Shown here in pieces: positions 9,456-17,773 of a stretch of DNA of 64,000 nucleotides (position 1 is the first letter of the stretch; every line of letters starts with the position of its first letter). The position numbers and the translations under genes were made by a program. The notes below the pieces were generated by a model, which had not been told where the DNA came from, did no database searches, and was given only the letters and a program-made list of their open reading frames with translations. Source of the DNA: Myxococcota bacterium (lineage in GTDB: Bacteria; Myxococcota_A; UBA796; CAJQPC01); contig DASCPX010000019.1 of NCBI GenBank assembly GCA_036012755.1, positions 1 to 64,000 on the forward strand, given 5' to 3'.

Positions 9456-11237
9456 ATGTCCGACAAGCGCACCGTCATGCAGGTCCTCGACCAGACCGCC
9501 AAGACCCACGGCAACAAGCCGGCCCTCAAGGTCAAGCACGATGGCAGCTGGAAGACCTGGACCTGGGCCGACTACCACGCGGACATCCGGAAGGCGGCAA
9601 AGGCCCTCATCCATCTCGGCCTGCAGAAGCAGACCGGCGTCTCCATCATCGGCTACAACAGCCCCGAGTGGGCCATCGCGGACCTTGGCGCGATCTACGC
9701 CGGCGGCTTCCCGGCGGGCATCTACACCACGAACTCGCCGCCCCAGTGCAAGTACATCGCGGAGCACAGCGACACCGTCGTCGCCTTCGCCGAGAACGCC
9801 TCGCAGGCTGCCAAGTTCCACAAGATCTGGGACGAACTGCCAGGCTGCACGGCGCTGGTCCTGATGGACGACAGCTCGGACGAGGCGGACTACGCCTACT
9901 CCTGGTCCGAGTTCCTGGCCCTGTCCGACAACGTCACCGACGATCAGCTCCAGGAGCGCATCGACGGACAGGATCCAGACGAGACCTGCACCTTCATCTA
10001 CACCTCGGGCACCACCGGGAGCCCGAAGGCCGTGATGATGACCCACGACAACCTCACCTGGACCGCAGAGGTCGCGCGCCAGACCATCGACGGCTACGAG
10101 CACGTCGAGCAGGAGCGGATCATCAGCTACCTGCCCTTGTCGCACATCGCCGAGCAGCTGATCTCGCTCCACACGCCCGTGACCAGCGGTGGCTGCACCT
10201 ACTTCGCAGAGAGCATCGAGAAGCTCGGGGACAACCTCCGAGAGGTCCGCCCGACCATGTTCCTGGCGGTGCCGCGGGTGTGGGAGAAGATCCAGGCCAA
10301 GATCGTCGCCGGAGCGGCCAAGAACTCCAACTTCAAGAAGAAGATCGGTGTTTGGGCCAAGGGCGTCGGCCTCGAAGGCGGCTACCGGATGCAGAAGGGC
10401 GAGGCGCCTCCCATGTTCTACGGCCTGGCGAACAAGCTGGTCTTCTCGAAGGTCCGTGCGCTCCTGGGTCTCGACCAGTGCCGGGTGCAGATCACCTCGG
10501 CAGCGCCGATCAGCAAGGACACGCTGGAGTTCTTCCTCAGCCTTGGCGTTCCGATCATGGAGGTCTACGGCATGAGCGAGTGCAGCGGACCGGCGACCAT
10601 GTCGCTGCCCACCTCGTACCAGACCGGCAGCGTCGGCTGGGTCCTCCCCGGCACAGAGGTCAAGATCGACTCCGACGGCGAGATCTGCATGCGCGGCCGC
10701 CACATCATGAAGGGCTACTACAAGAACGCGGAGGCGACCGCCGAGGCGATCGACGATGACGGCTGGCTCCACTCCGGCGACCTGGGCAAGCTCGACGGCA
10801 AGTTCCTGCACATCACCGGTCGCAAGAAGGAGCTGATCATCACCGCCGGCGGCGAGAACATCGCTCCGAACATGATCGAAGGGCTGATGAAGAGCATCGG
10901 CGCGGTCTCGCAGTTCGTGGTCATCGGCGACCGCCGCAAGCACCTCAGCGCCCTCATCACGCTGGACGAGGAGAAGCTCCAGACCACACTCTCCGCGGCT
11001 GGCAGCCCCGCGAAGACGATGGAGGACGCCTCCAAGTGCGAGGCGGTCCACGGCTTCATCTGGAAGCAGGTCGAGGAGAAGAACGTCGAGCTCGCGAGGG
11101 TCCAGAAGATCAAGAAGATCAAGATCCTGCCTGCCGATCTGAGCATCGACGCCGGCGAGCTGACCCCGACGATGAAGGTGAAGCGCAAGATCGTGAGCGA
11201 GAAGTACGCCTCCGACATCGAGGCCTTCTACAGCTAG
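9456..11237 (+). CDS. fadD: Long-chain fatty-acid-CoA ligase (AMP-binding, ACSBG/FadD15-like)
   Basis: YTSGTTGSPKAVM, SYLPLSHIAE, YGMSE, GWLHSGDLG and GELTPTMK motifs. Alternative start at 9444. Confidence 0.93.
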   Translation: MSDKRTVMQVLDQTAKTHGNKPALKVKHDGSWKTWTWADYHADIRKAAKALIHLGLQKQTGVSIIGYNSPEWAIADLGAIYAGGFPAGIYTTNSPPQCKYIAEHSDTVVAFAENASQAAKFHKIWDELPGCTALVLMDDSSDEADYAYSWSEFLALSDNVTDDQLQERIDGQDPDETCTFIYTSGTTGSPKAVMMTHDNLTWTAEVARQTIDGYEHVEQERIISYLPLSHIAEQLISLHTPVTSGGCTYFAESIEKLGDNLREVRPTMFLAVPRVWEKIQAKIVAGAAKNSNFKKKIGVWAKGVGLEGGYRMQKGEAPPMFYGLANKLVFSKVRALLGLDQCRVQITSAAPISKDTLEFFLSLGVPIMEVYGMSECSGPATMSLPTSYQTGSVGWVLPGTEVKIDSDGEICMRGRHIMKGYYKNAEATAEAIDDDGWLHSGDLGKLDGKFLHITGRKKELIITAGGENIAPNMIEGLMKSIGAVSQFVVIGDRRKHLSALITLDEEKLQTTLSAAGSPAKTMEDASKCEAVHGFIWKQVEEKNVELARVQKIKKIKILPADLSIDAGELTPTMKVKRKIVSEKYASDIEAFYS

Positions 11238-11251
11238 CGTTGTCTCTGGGG

Positions 11252-11360
11252 GGGGATCTCCGGGCCCAAGGAGACAAAGCGTATCCTCGAGCCTCGAGAA
11301 CCCCGGGGTTCTCGGCTGCCAAGGATACGTTTTGGATCCTCGAGGCCAGAGGGGGTTCCG
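11252..11360. repeat. Long imperfect palindrome (REP/MITE-like or terminator)
   Basis: Perfect 20-bp palindrome CGAGAACCCCGGGGTTCTCG (11295-11314), extended by AGCC/GGCT and CGTATCCT/AGGATACG arms. Confidence 0.7.
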
Positions 11361-11614
11361 CGGGCCTGGCACATGAGGGTCACCAGCGGTTGGTGCTCGC
11401 AAGGACCGGACGCGTTCACGAGGGCACCAGCGGCTGCTGCTCGCAGGAGGGCGGTGGCCTGCCCGGCGGGGCGGCGGTGGTGACGCCAGCGTCGCCTTCC
11501 CCGGGCGACAACGCCCGGAGCACGAACCGGCCTCGGCCAGTTCGCCTGCGCGCGGCTCCGCCGTGCTCGGACTCGGCGACACGGGGCGGAGAGGGCTTGA
11601 CCCTCCGACGCTGA

Positions 11615-12403
11615 TCAGCCCTTCTTGCCGCCCTTCTTGCTGCCGCCGCCCTTCTTGCTGCCGCCGCCCTTGCCGCCGCCGCCCTTGCCGCCGCCGCCCT
11701 TGCCGCCACCGCCCTTGCCGCCGCCGCCCTTGCCGCCACCGCCCTTGGCGCTGGCGCCCTTGTCGGACTTGCCGCCCGACTTGCCACCCTTGTCGGACTT
11801 GCCGCCCTTGTCAGAGCCCGGCAGATCGACCCCAGCGGCCTTCAGCACGTCGTCGACCCCCGGGACCTCGCCCTTCGCCAGGTCGTCGACGATTCCGCCG
11901 GCGCCACCTGCGGCCTCCGCGGCCTCGCCGAGCAGCTTGTCCACGTCGTCTGCGTCGACGCCCGGGATGTCGTCGGCGAGGTCCTTCAGCTTGTCCACGC
12001 CCTCTCCGAGCGCGTCCGCGACCTCATCGACGCCGGGGATCGCCGCGAAGGGGTTGTTCTCGCTGGCCGCCTGGATGACCTGCTGAGTGGCGGCGTCCTG
12101 GAGCTTCTGCAACGCCTCCATCGGGTCGGTACCCGAGGCCACCGAGCTGAGACCCTCCAAGCCGGACTCACCCAGGGAACTCCCGAGGCTCGAGAGACTG
12201 CTCCCGAGGTCCGTGCCCGCAGTCGTCGAGCCCGAGGCCGTCGGCGACGAAGCACCGCCGCCACCCCCGCCGCCACCACCTGCCGAGGAAGCGCCGCCAC
12301 CGCCGCCGCCGCCGCCACCGCCGCTCGATGAGGACGAAGAGGACGAGGAGCCCCCGCTGCTCGGGGGGTGCTTGTGCGTGGGAGTCGGGAGCGGAGTGGC
12401 CAT
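11615..12403 (-). CDS. Low-complexity Gly/Ser/Lys-rich protein with (GGGGK)n tail
   Basis: Clean ORF with an acidic helical core between G/S-rich and G/K-rich tails. Confidence 0.7.
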   Translation of the reverse strand: MATPLPTPTHKHPPSSGGSSSSSSSSSGGGGGGGGGGASSAGGGGGGGGGASSPTASGSTTAGTDLGSSLSSLGSSLGESGLEGLSSVASGTDPMEALQKLQDAATQQVIQAASENNPFAAIPGVDEVADALGEGVDKLKDLADDIPGVDADDVDKLLGEAAEAAGGAGGIVDDLAKGEVPGVDDVLKAAGVDLPGSDKGGKSDKGGKSGGKSDKGASAKGGGGKGGGGKGGGGKGGGGKGGGGKGGGSKKGGGSKKGGKKG

Positions 12404-12429
12404 GCCGAACCATAGCCCCACCGAGAGGA

Positions 12430-12634
12430 TAGTTCCCGCAATCCGAAGTCCCGAACCTCGTCCACCGTCTCGTTGCGGGAACTACGGCACGCGAAGCGGG
12501 CCGCCGGGGGCGGCGCCGAAAGCGCGGGGGGCGGGGCCCCCCCAGAGGAGGAAACGCGTGCCCCCAGCGCCGCGAAGCGGCGGGCGCCCAGCGCCATCGG
12601 GAGTCGCGTTGCGACTTCCGATCGGGGGTACTAG
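12430..12634 (-). mobile_element. Dispersed MITE/REP-like element, copy A (~205 bp)
   Basis: 21-bp imperfect TIR (TAGTACCCCCGATCGGAAGTC vs TAGTTCCCGCAATCCGAAGTC, 17/21). Aligns with 25279-25482 and 26505-26632. Confidence 0.75.
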
Positions 12635-14133
12635 TCGAACGCCTTCTCTGCCTCGACGACGCTCCAGGCCTGGGGCTCGAAGCGATAGGTGGCGTAGCTC
12701 GTGTCCTCTGCCGCCTGCTCCGAGTTCGGGGCCGAGGTCTTGTAGGTCATCGGCGTGTCGTAGGTCTTCAGCAGCGTCGTCGCGAACGTCGAGCCGTCCC
12801 CGCTGACCACCACGACCTGGAACTGCTCCGGGTGGATGTGGGCCTTGATCGCGGCGTTGACCTGCTCGACCGTGAGCTCGCGGAGCCTCTCGCCAAGGTC
12901 GTCGAGGATGTTGGGGACACCAAGGGCAGCAGCCTCCACCGCGTAGCCGAGCCGGCGTCCGGGATCCCGGGCCCAGAGCTTCTTGCGCTTCATCAGGTGG
13001 GTGCGCGTGGCCTCGAACTCATCCTGCTCGAGGCCCTCTTCGACGAGGTTCTCCGTCATCTTGAGGGCCATCTTGAGGGCGAAGGGCGCGTCATCCGGGT
13101 CCGTCGGACGGACCCAGACCGAGAACTGCGGCTGGGCGCGCAGGGTCCCCAGGAGCTGCTCCGGTTCCCTGATGCTCACCTGACGGTAGTGCTCGATGTA
13201 GGCGTAGTCGCCGAAGTTCAGCCCGCGATCGCTCCGCATCTCGCGGTAGAGCCGCCCGTAGCTCTCCCGGTGAGCGCCAAAGGCCGTCATCGCTACCAGC
13301 AGGGCGGGGTAGTCCGGGTGGGAGCGGGTGACCTCGAGCGGATGACCGAAGTGCGCGCCCGTGGCGTCGGTCCCCCTCTCGATGACGATGAGCTGACGCG
13401 CGCTGAAGGCCTTGCGATCAGCTGGCGTCGGGGTCTCGAGCTCGCCTGAGGGCAGGACGCTCAGCGCGTCCACGAGGTCCGCCACCAGCGGGTCGTCGAC
13501 CGCGCCGGCGAGCCCGAAGGTCAGGCCGGCCTGGTCATAGGCGCCGTGGTGGAAGGTCTTCACGTCCTCCAGCGAGATGTTGTCGAGCCCCGAGGGGAGC
13601 CCCTGGACCGGGTGCGAGTATGGATGTCCCTCGTTCAGCACGTGATCGAACACGGCATCGCCAAGCTCCTCGTCGGACTCGAGGATGCCGATCGTGATCT
13701 GCGCCCTGGCCTCGTCGAGGGCCCGGTAGAAGGCGGACTCGTCCATGCCGGGAGCGGTGATGGTCTGGGTGAACAGGGGCAGGAAGGCCGGCATGTCCTC
13801 GCGCAGGGCCTTGCCCCGAAAGGTCACGAGGTCCTTGTCGATGACGACCTCGATCTCGGCGCCGAGCGCGAAGAGCTGCGTCTGGACCTCGTCCGGCATC
13901 AAGGCCCCGGCGCCGCCAGTCCGCATGACCTCGGTCGTGACCCAGGCGAGTCCTTGCTTGTCCGCCGGGTCATGGGCGCTGCCCGCCCGGAAGGTGGCGT
14001 TGAGGTAGACGATCTGGGAGCCCTGGACGGGCAGCACGATGGGCTGCAGCGCCGGGGTCTCGACGGCCTCGAGCGCCGCGGGCTCGGGTTCGACCTTGGG
14101 GCAGCCCACTCCGATGAGGATGGCGAGGAGCAT
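12631..14133 (-). CDS. M16 (insulinase-family) peptidase, non-catalytic lipoprotein subunit
   Basis: MLLAILIGVGC start, TGATG-coupled to the upstream gene; GSAHDP.DK.GLA, GHPY.HP..G and RLY.EMR..RGL motifs. Confidence 0.88.
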   Translation of the reverse strand: MLLAILIGVGCPKVEPEPAALEAVETPALQPIVLPVQGSQIVYLNATFRAGSAHDPADKQGLAWVTTEVMRTGGAGALMPDEVQTQLFALGAEIEVVIDKDLVTFRGKALREDMPAFLPLFTQTITAPGMDESAFYRALDEARAQITIGILESDEELGDAVFDHVLNEGHPYSHPVQGLPSGLDNISLEDVKTFHHGAYDQAGLTFGLAGAVDDPLVADLVDALSVLPSGELETPTPADRKAFSARQLIVIERGTDATGAHFGHPLEVTRSHPDYPALLVAMTAFGAHRESYGRLYREMRSDRGLNFGDYAYIEHYRQVSIREPEQLLGTLRAQPQFSVWVRPTDPDDAPFALKMALKMTENLVEEGLEQDEFEATRTHLMKRKKLWARDPGRRLGYAVEAAALGVPNILDDLGERLRELTVEQVNAAIKAHIHPEQFQVVVVSGDGSTFATTLLKTYDTPMTYKTSAPNSEQAAEDTSYATYRFEPQAWSVVEAEKAFD

Positions 14134-15434
14134 CACTCCTCCTCTGCGACGGCGCTGAGCGTCGCGACGGTGAGGTGTTCGGCGACGAAGTACTCCCCGA
14201 CGACGCGACTCACGTCCTCTGGAGTCACGTTGGCGAAGTTGCGGTAGAAGGCCTCGACCGCGGAGGCGTCGCGGCCCCCGTAGGTGAAGGTGCCGATGGT
14301 GTTGCCGACCGCCTCTGGCGTGTCCTGGGACAGGCGGAAGCGCGCCAGCGCCGAGTCCCGCAAGAGCTCCAGGGTCGCCGGGTCGACACCCTCTGCGAGG
14401 TCCACGACCGCAGCGTGGATGGCCTCTTCGACCAGCGCGAGGTCGTCCGGGTGCTTCACGTCGGCCGTGAGCTTGAACTGGTGCATGTCGGTGAACTCGT
14501 CGACCTCGGAGCCGACGGAATAGACCAGCGCCCGCTCGACGACGAGGTCCTGGTGCAGCGCGCCGACCTCGGACGACAGCAGCTCCTCGACCACCGCCAG
14601 GACCGCGGCGTCTGGATCCCTGGGGTCGAAGCCGGGGATGCGCCAGCCCATGCGGATCTTCGGGTTCACCGGACCCTTGTCCCACTCCACGTGGACCCGT
14701 CGCGTGCTGGTCTGCTCGGGCTCCTGGACCGTGTCCGGGAAGCTGACGCCTGGCTCCCAGACGCCGAGGGTCAGGTTCAGCTGGGTGAGCACCGCCTGCG
14801 GGTCGAAGTCTCCGACCACCACGATGCGCGCCCGCTCCGGCCGGTACCAGGTCTCGTACCAGGCGCTGATCTCGTCGTAGCGGTCGTCGAAGGAGTCGAT
14901 GTCCTCGACCGTGCCCATCGGCGCGTGCCCATAGGGGTGAGTCGTGTAGGCGAGTGAGTCGAAGGCCTCTAAGAGAGCCCGGTCGCTGTTGGCGCGGTTG
15001 CGGTTGTTCGCGCCCCTGACGGCCCCCTCGGTCTGCTCGAGATCCGCGTCGTCGTAGGCCATGTACATGAGGCGGTTGGCTTCGATCATGATGATCGAGG
15101 GCAGGTGCTCGGCCGGGACGACCAGGCTGTAGACGGTCTGATCCTCCCAGGCCAACGCCGTGTCCGTCGACCCGGTGAGCAGGACCTGGGCTTCCCGCTC
15201 GTCCCGGTCCAGGCTGCGGCTTCCGGCGCTGGCCAGGTACATGTGGAGGTGGCTCAGCCCGCGACTGTCCGCGGTCTCGTTGCGGGTCCCGACGTCCATC
15301 CAGACCTGCCACGACACGACACCAGGGGTGTCCATGGGCGCGAGGTAGACCGTCAGTCCGTTGTCGAACTGTTCGGTCTGGACGTCGACCGGCAGCACCC
15401 CAGCCGCGGCCATCGTGGACAATGCGAGGAACAT
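14133..15434 (-). CDS. M16 peptidase-family protein with degenerate zinc motif
   Basis: NGLTVY, VGTRNE, HPYGH..MG..EDI and YRPE....VVVGDFD motifs; the HXXEH position reads HLHMY. Confidence 0.88.
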   Translation of the reverse strand: MFLALSTMAAAGVLPVDVQTEQFDNGLTVYLAPMDTPGVVSWQVWMDVGTRNETADSRGLSHLHMYLASAGSRSLDRDEREAQVLLTGSTDTALAWEDQTVYSLVVPAEHLPSIIMIEANRLMYMAYDDADLEQTEGAVRGANNRNRANSDRALLEAFDSLAYTTHPYGHAPMGTVEDIDSFDDRYDEISAWYETWYRPERARIVVVGDFDPQAVLTQLNLTLGVWEPGVSFPDTVQEPEQTSTRRVHVEWDKGPVNPKIRMGWRIPGFDPRDPDAAVLAVVEELLSSEVGALHQDLVVERALVYSVGSEVDEFTDMHQFKLTADVKHPDDLALVEEAIHAAVVDLAEGVDPATLELLRDSALARFRLSQDTPEAVGNTIGTFTYGGRDASAVEAFYRNFANVTPEDVSRVVGEYFVAEHLTVATLSAVAEEE

Positions 15435-15510
15435 GGGCGTCTCCGAAGAGAGGCTTTTAGCCCGCTGCGACTCTTGGTGTACCCAAAGGGTCGTCAGAGC
15501 GCCCTGGCGG

Positions 15511-15673
15511 TACTGCGGCGATCACGTAGGTGGGCCGGATGATCGCGCCGAAACGGGCCCGCCGGGGTAGACGGCCCGACGAAGGCGTGTCTGGACACTT
15601 CGAGGCGGGGCAACGCCGCCCGGCGGTGTCCGGGGCAAGCGAGGGACGGTCAACCGGAGTGATCGCCGCAGTA
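15511..15673. mobile_element. MITE-like element (163 bp) with perfect 15-bp TIR
   Basis: TACTGCGGCGATCAC (15511-15525) and GTGATCGCCGCAGTA (15659-15673); internal hairpins. Confidence 0.65.
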
Positions 15674-15683
15674 ACGTCCGACG

Positions 15684-16973
15684 ATGCGCGGCCGCCTCCC
15701 CATCATCGCCACCGGAGCCTGGCTGCTGGCGCTGGCGGTGCGTCTCTGGGACCTCGACGCGACGATGATGCTGGCGGACTCGGTCGGGCCCTACCTGTCG
15801 GCCTCTGCCAACGCGCTGAACCCACACGCACACGCTCCACCCTATGGCTGGGGCCTGCATCCTCCCTTTGCCCTGGCGCTCCTGGCCCCGAACCTCCGCA
15901 TGGCGGTCGCGGTGATGATGGGCTTCCATGCCCTGGCCGCCCCGCTGGCCACCCTCTGCGCGGCCCGGGTCGGCGACTGGCGGCACGGCCTGGTCGCCGG
16001 GGCGATCGTCGCCCTGGAACCGGGCCTCCTGGACACCGCGCTTTCCGGCGCGGAGGGCTACCTGGCGCCGGTCTGGCTGGGGCTCGTGATGCTGCTGGTG
16101 CTCACCGGCCGGGGCGCGGCAGCGGGGGCGCCTGCCGCGTGGGCCATGGCCGTGATGAACCACCCGCTGTCCCTCTGCGCCGCGCCGCTGCTCGGCCTGA
16201 TGCCCCGCACCCGCAGGAGCCTGGTGGGTCTGGCGATCGGGGCCGGGCTCCTGCTCTCGAGGGGGTGGTTCGAGGGTGGCCCCAACGTGGAGGGGGTTGG
16301 CATCGATCAGGCAGCTCTCGCCTGGCTGATCGAAGGTCCGTGGAGCGCCGGCGTGCTCATCCTGGCGCTGCTGACGGCGGCATGGAGGCGTCGGTCACTG
16401 GCCCTGGTCGTCGGGCTGTCGGTGGTCCTCCTCATCGGGGCAGGCGCGCTCCTGGGCTACCTGCGCGACCACCACCTGCGGCTCTTCGTCGTCCCCCTCG
16501 CGGCCTGCCTCGGCGCCGTGCCCGGCTGGTGGGTGATGGCGGGGCTGCTGGCCTTGCGTCCTCCGATGGGGCGCAGCCCGGAGCCAGGAAAGCCGCATCG
16601 TCCGGGCACCCTGGGCCTGACGACCGAGATCGCGGCGTCGACGACCGAGCCGGTGATGTTCGACGGCGCCTGGCTCTCCGGACCCAAGGCCGCCGAGGCC
16701 AGCGCCGTGAACCTCGATCGCAGCATGCGCGGACTGGAGCCGGATCCCGCGACCGTGCTCCTCATCGTGAGCTTCGAGCGCGGCCAGGGTCCGCCCGGGG
16801 TGTCACCCGGCGCGCGCCACGCCCTGCTGCCGCCTGACGACGCCTTCTGCGCCGGACGCACAGGCGGCGCAGAGGACGCCATGCACCTCTTCCCCGAGGG
16901 CACGACCCACGGCGAGGTCGTCGCCTGGCGCGACAGCTGCGAGCCGGATCAGGAGACCGAACCGACGAGGTGA
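15684..16973 (+). CDS. Polytopic membrane protein (GT-C glycosyltransferase-like)
   Basis: About 9-10 hydrophobic segments, acidic first loop (MLADS..PY) and soluble C-terminal domain. Confidence 0.65.
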   Translation: MRGRLPIIATGAWLLALAVRLWDLDATMMLADSVGPYLSASANALNPHAHAPPYGWGLHPPFALALLAPNLRMAVAVMMGFHALAAPLATLCAARVGDWRHGLVAGAIVALEPGLLDTALSGAEGYLAPVWLGLVMLLVLTGRGAAAGAPAAWAMAVMNHPLSLCAAPLLGLMPRTRRSLVGLAIGAGLLLSRGWFEGGPNVEGVGIDQAALAWLIEGPWSAGVLILALLTAAWRRRSLALVVGLSVVLLIGAGALLGYLRDHHLRLFVVPLAACLGAVPGWWVMAGLLALRPPMGRSPEPGKPHRPGTLGLTTEIAASTTEPVMFDGAWLSGPKAAEASAVNLDRSMRGLEPDPATVLLIVSFERGQGPPGVSPGARHALLPPDDAFCAGRTGGAEDAMHLFPEGTTHGEVVAWRDSCEPDQETEPTR

Positions 16974-17773
16974 TCCTTGCCCTCGCCGTCGAAGAGGCGG
17001 AAGCCGATGCCGTCGTCGACGGAGCCGCTCTCGAAGAAGACGGTCGAGGGCAGGAAGACCGGACGGCGGAAGGCGACCTCGAGCTCGATCGGCCCACCGG
17101 GGAGGTCGTCCTGGAGCTCGGCGAAGCACCGCGCGAGGCTCCACATGCCGTGCACGATGTGGCGCCGGAAGCCAAAGAGCTTCGCGGTCAGCGGGTAGAG
17201 GTGGATGGGGTTTCGATCTCCAGCGACCCGCCCGTAGCGCCGGCCCATGTCCTCCGGAACGCGCCACGCCGCAGACCGGGCCACCTCGATTCGTGGCTGG
17301 ACCGCGCGCTCGCGCTTCTTGCCGTCGCCCTTGACGGCCCGGCTCAGGACCGTGGTCCTGGCGCTCCAGACCTTCTCGACGCCGCTCCGTGCCTCTGTGA
17401 CGAGGTCGAACTCCACTCCGGTGCGCGCGCTCCGGTGGCCCTCGACCCAGGCGCGGAGATCCAGGGCTTCGCTCGCGGCGATGGGGCGCAGTTGCCTGAT
17501 GCCATTGCTGACGTGCACGATGCCCATGGGCGACAGGGGGAACTCGGCGTGGCCGAGGATCGCCATGTGCATCGGCCCGGCGATGACCTGCGGAAGGGGT
17601 AGCGGGAGCCACGGAGTCTCGGGGAAGCCGCAGATCCGCTGGTAGGTGGCCAGGTCCTCTGCCACCACCCCCCGCAGGGAGGCCTCGATCCTGGGGATCG
17701 AGGGCTTCAGCCCGCGGCTGCGCTTCAGCGCCAGCGACACCATCGAGATCGAGGGCGCCTCGTCGAACTCCAT
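16949..17773 (-). CDS. MaoC/PaaZ-type double hot-dog dehydratase
   Basis: FP.SPMGIVH..N and GD.NPIHL....AKLFGF...IVHGMW motifs; ATG overlaps the upstream TGA. Confidence 0.88.
   Translation of the reverse strand: MEFDEAPSISMVSLALKRSRGLKPSIPRIEASLRGVVAEDLATYQRICGFPETPWLPLPLPQVIAGPMHMAILGHAEFPLSPMGIVHVSNGIRQLRPIAASEALDLRAWVEGHRSARTGVEFDLVTEARSGVEKVWSARTTVLSRAVKGDGKKRERAVQPRIEVARSAAWRVPEDMGRRYGRVAGDRNPIHLYPLTAKLFGFRRHIVHGMWSLARCFAELQDDLPGGPIELEVAFRRPVFLPSTVFFESGSVDDGIGFRLFDGEGKDHLVGSVS

Noticed and set aside
14134..15312. N-terminal extension making an 893-aa M16 protein
   Set aside because: Overlaps the upstream M16 gene out of frame; the coupled ATG at 14133 is the better start.
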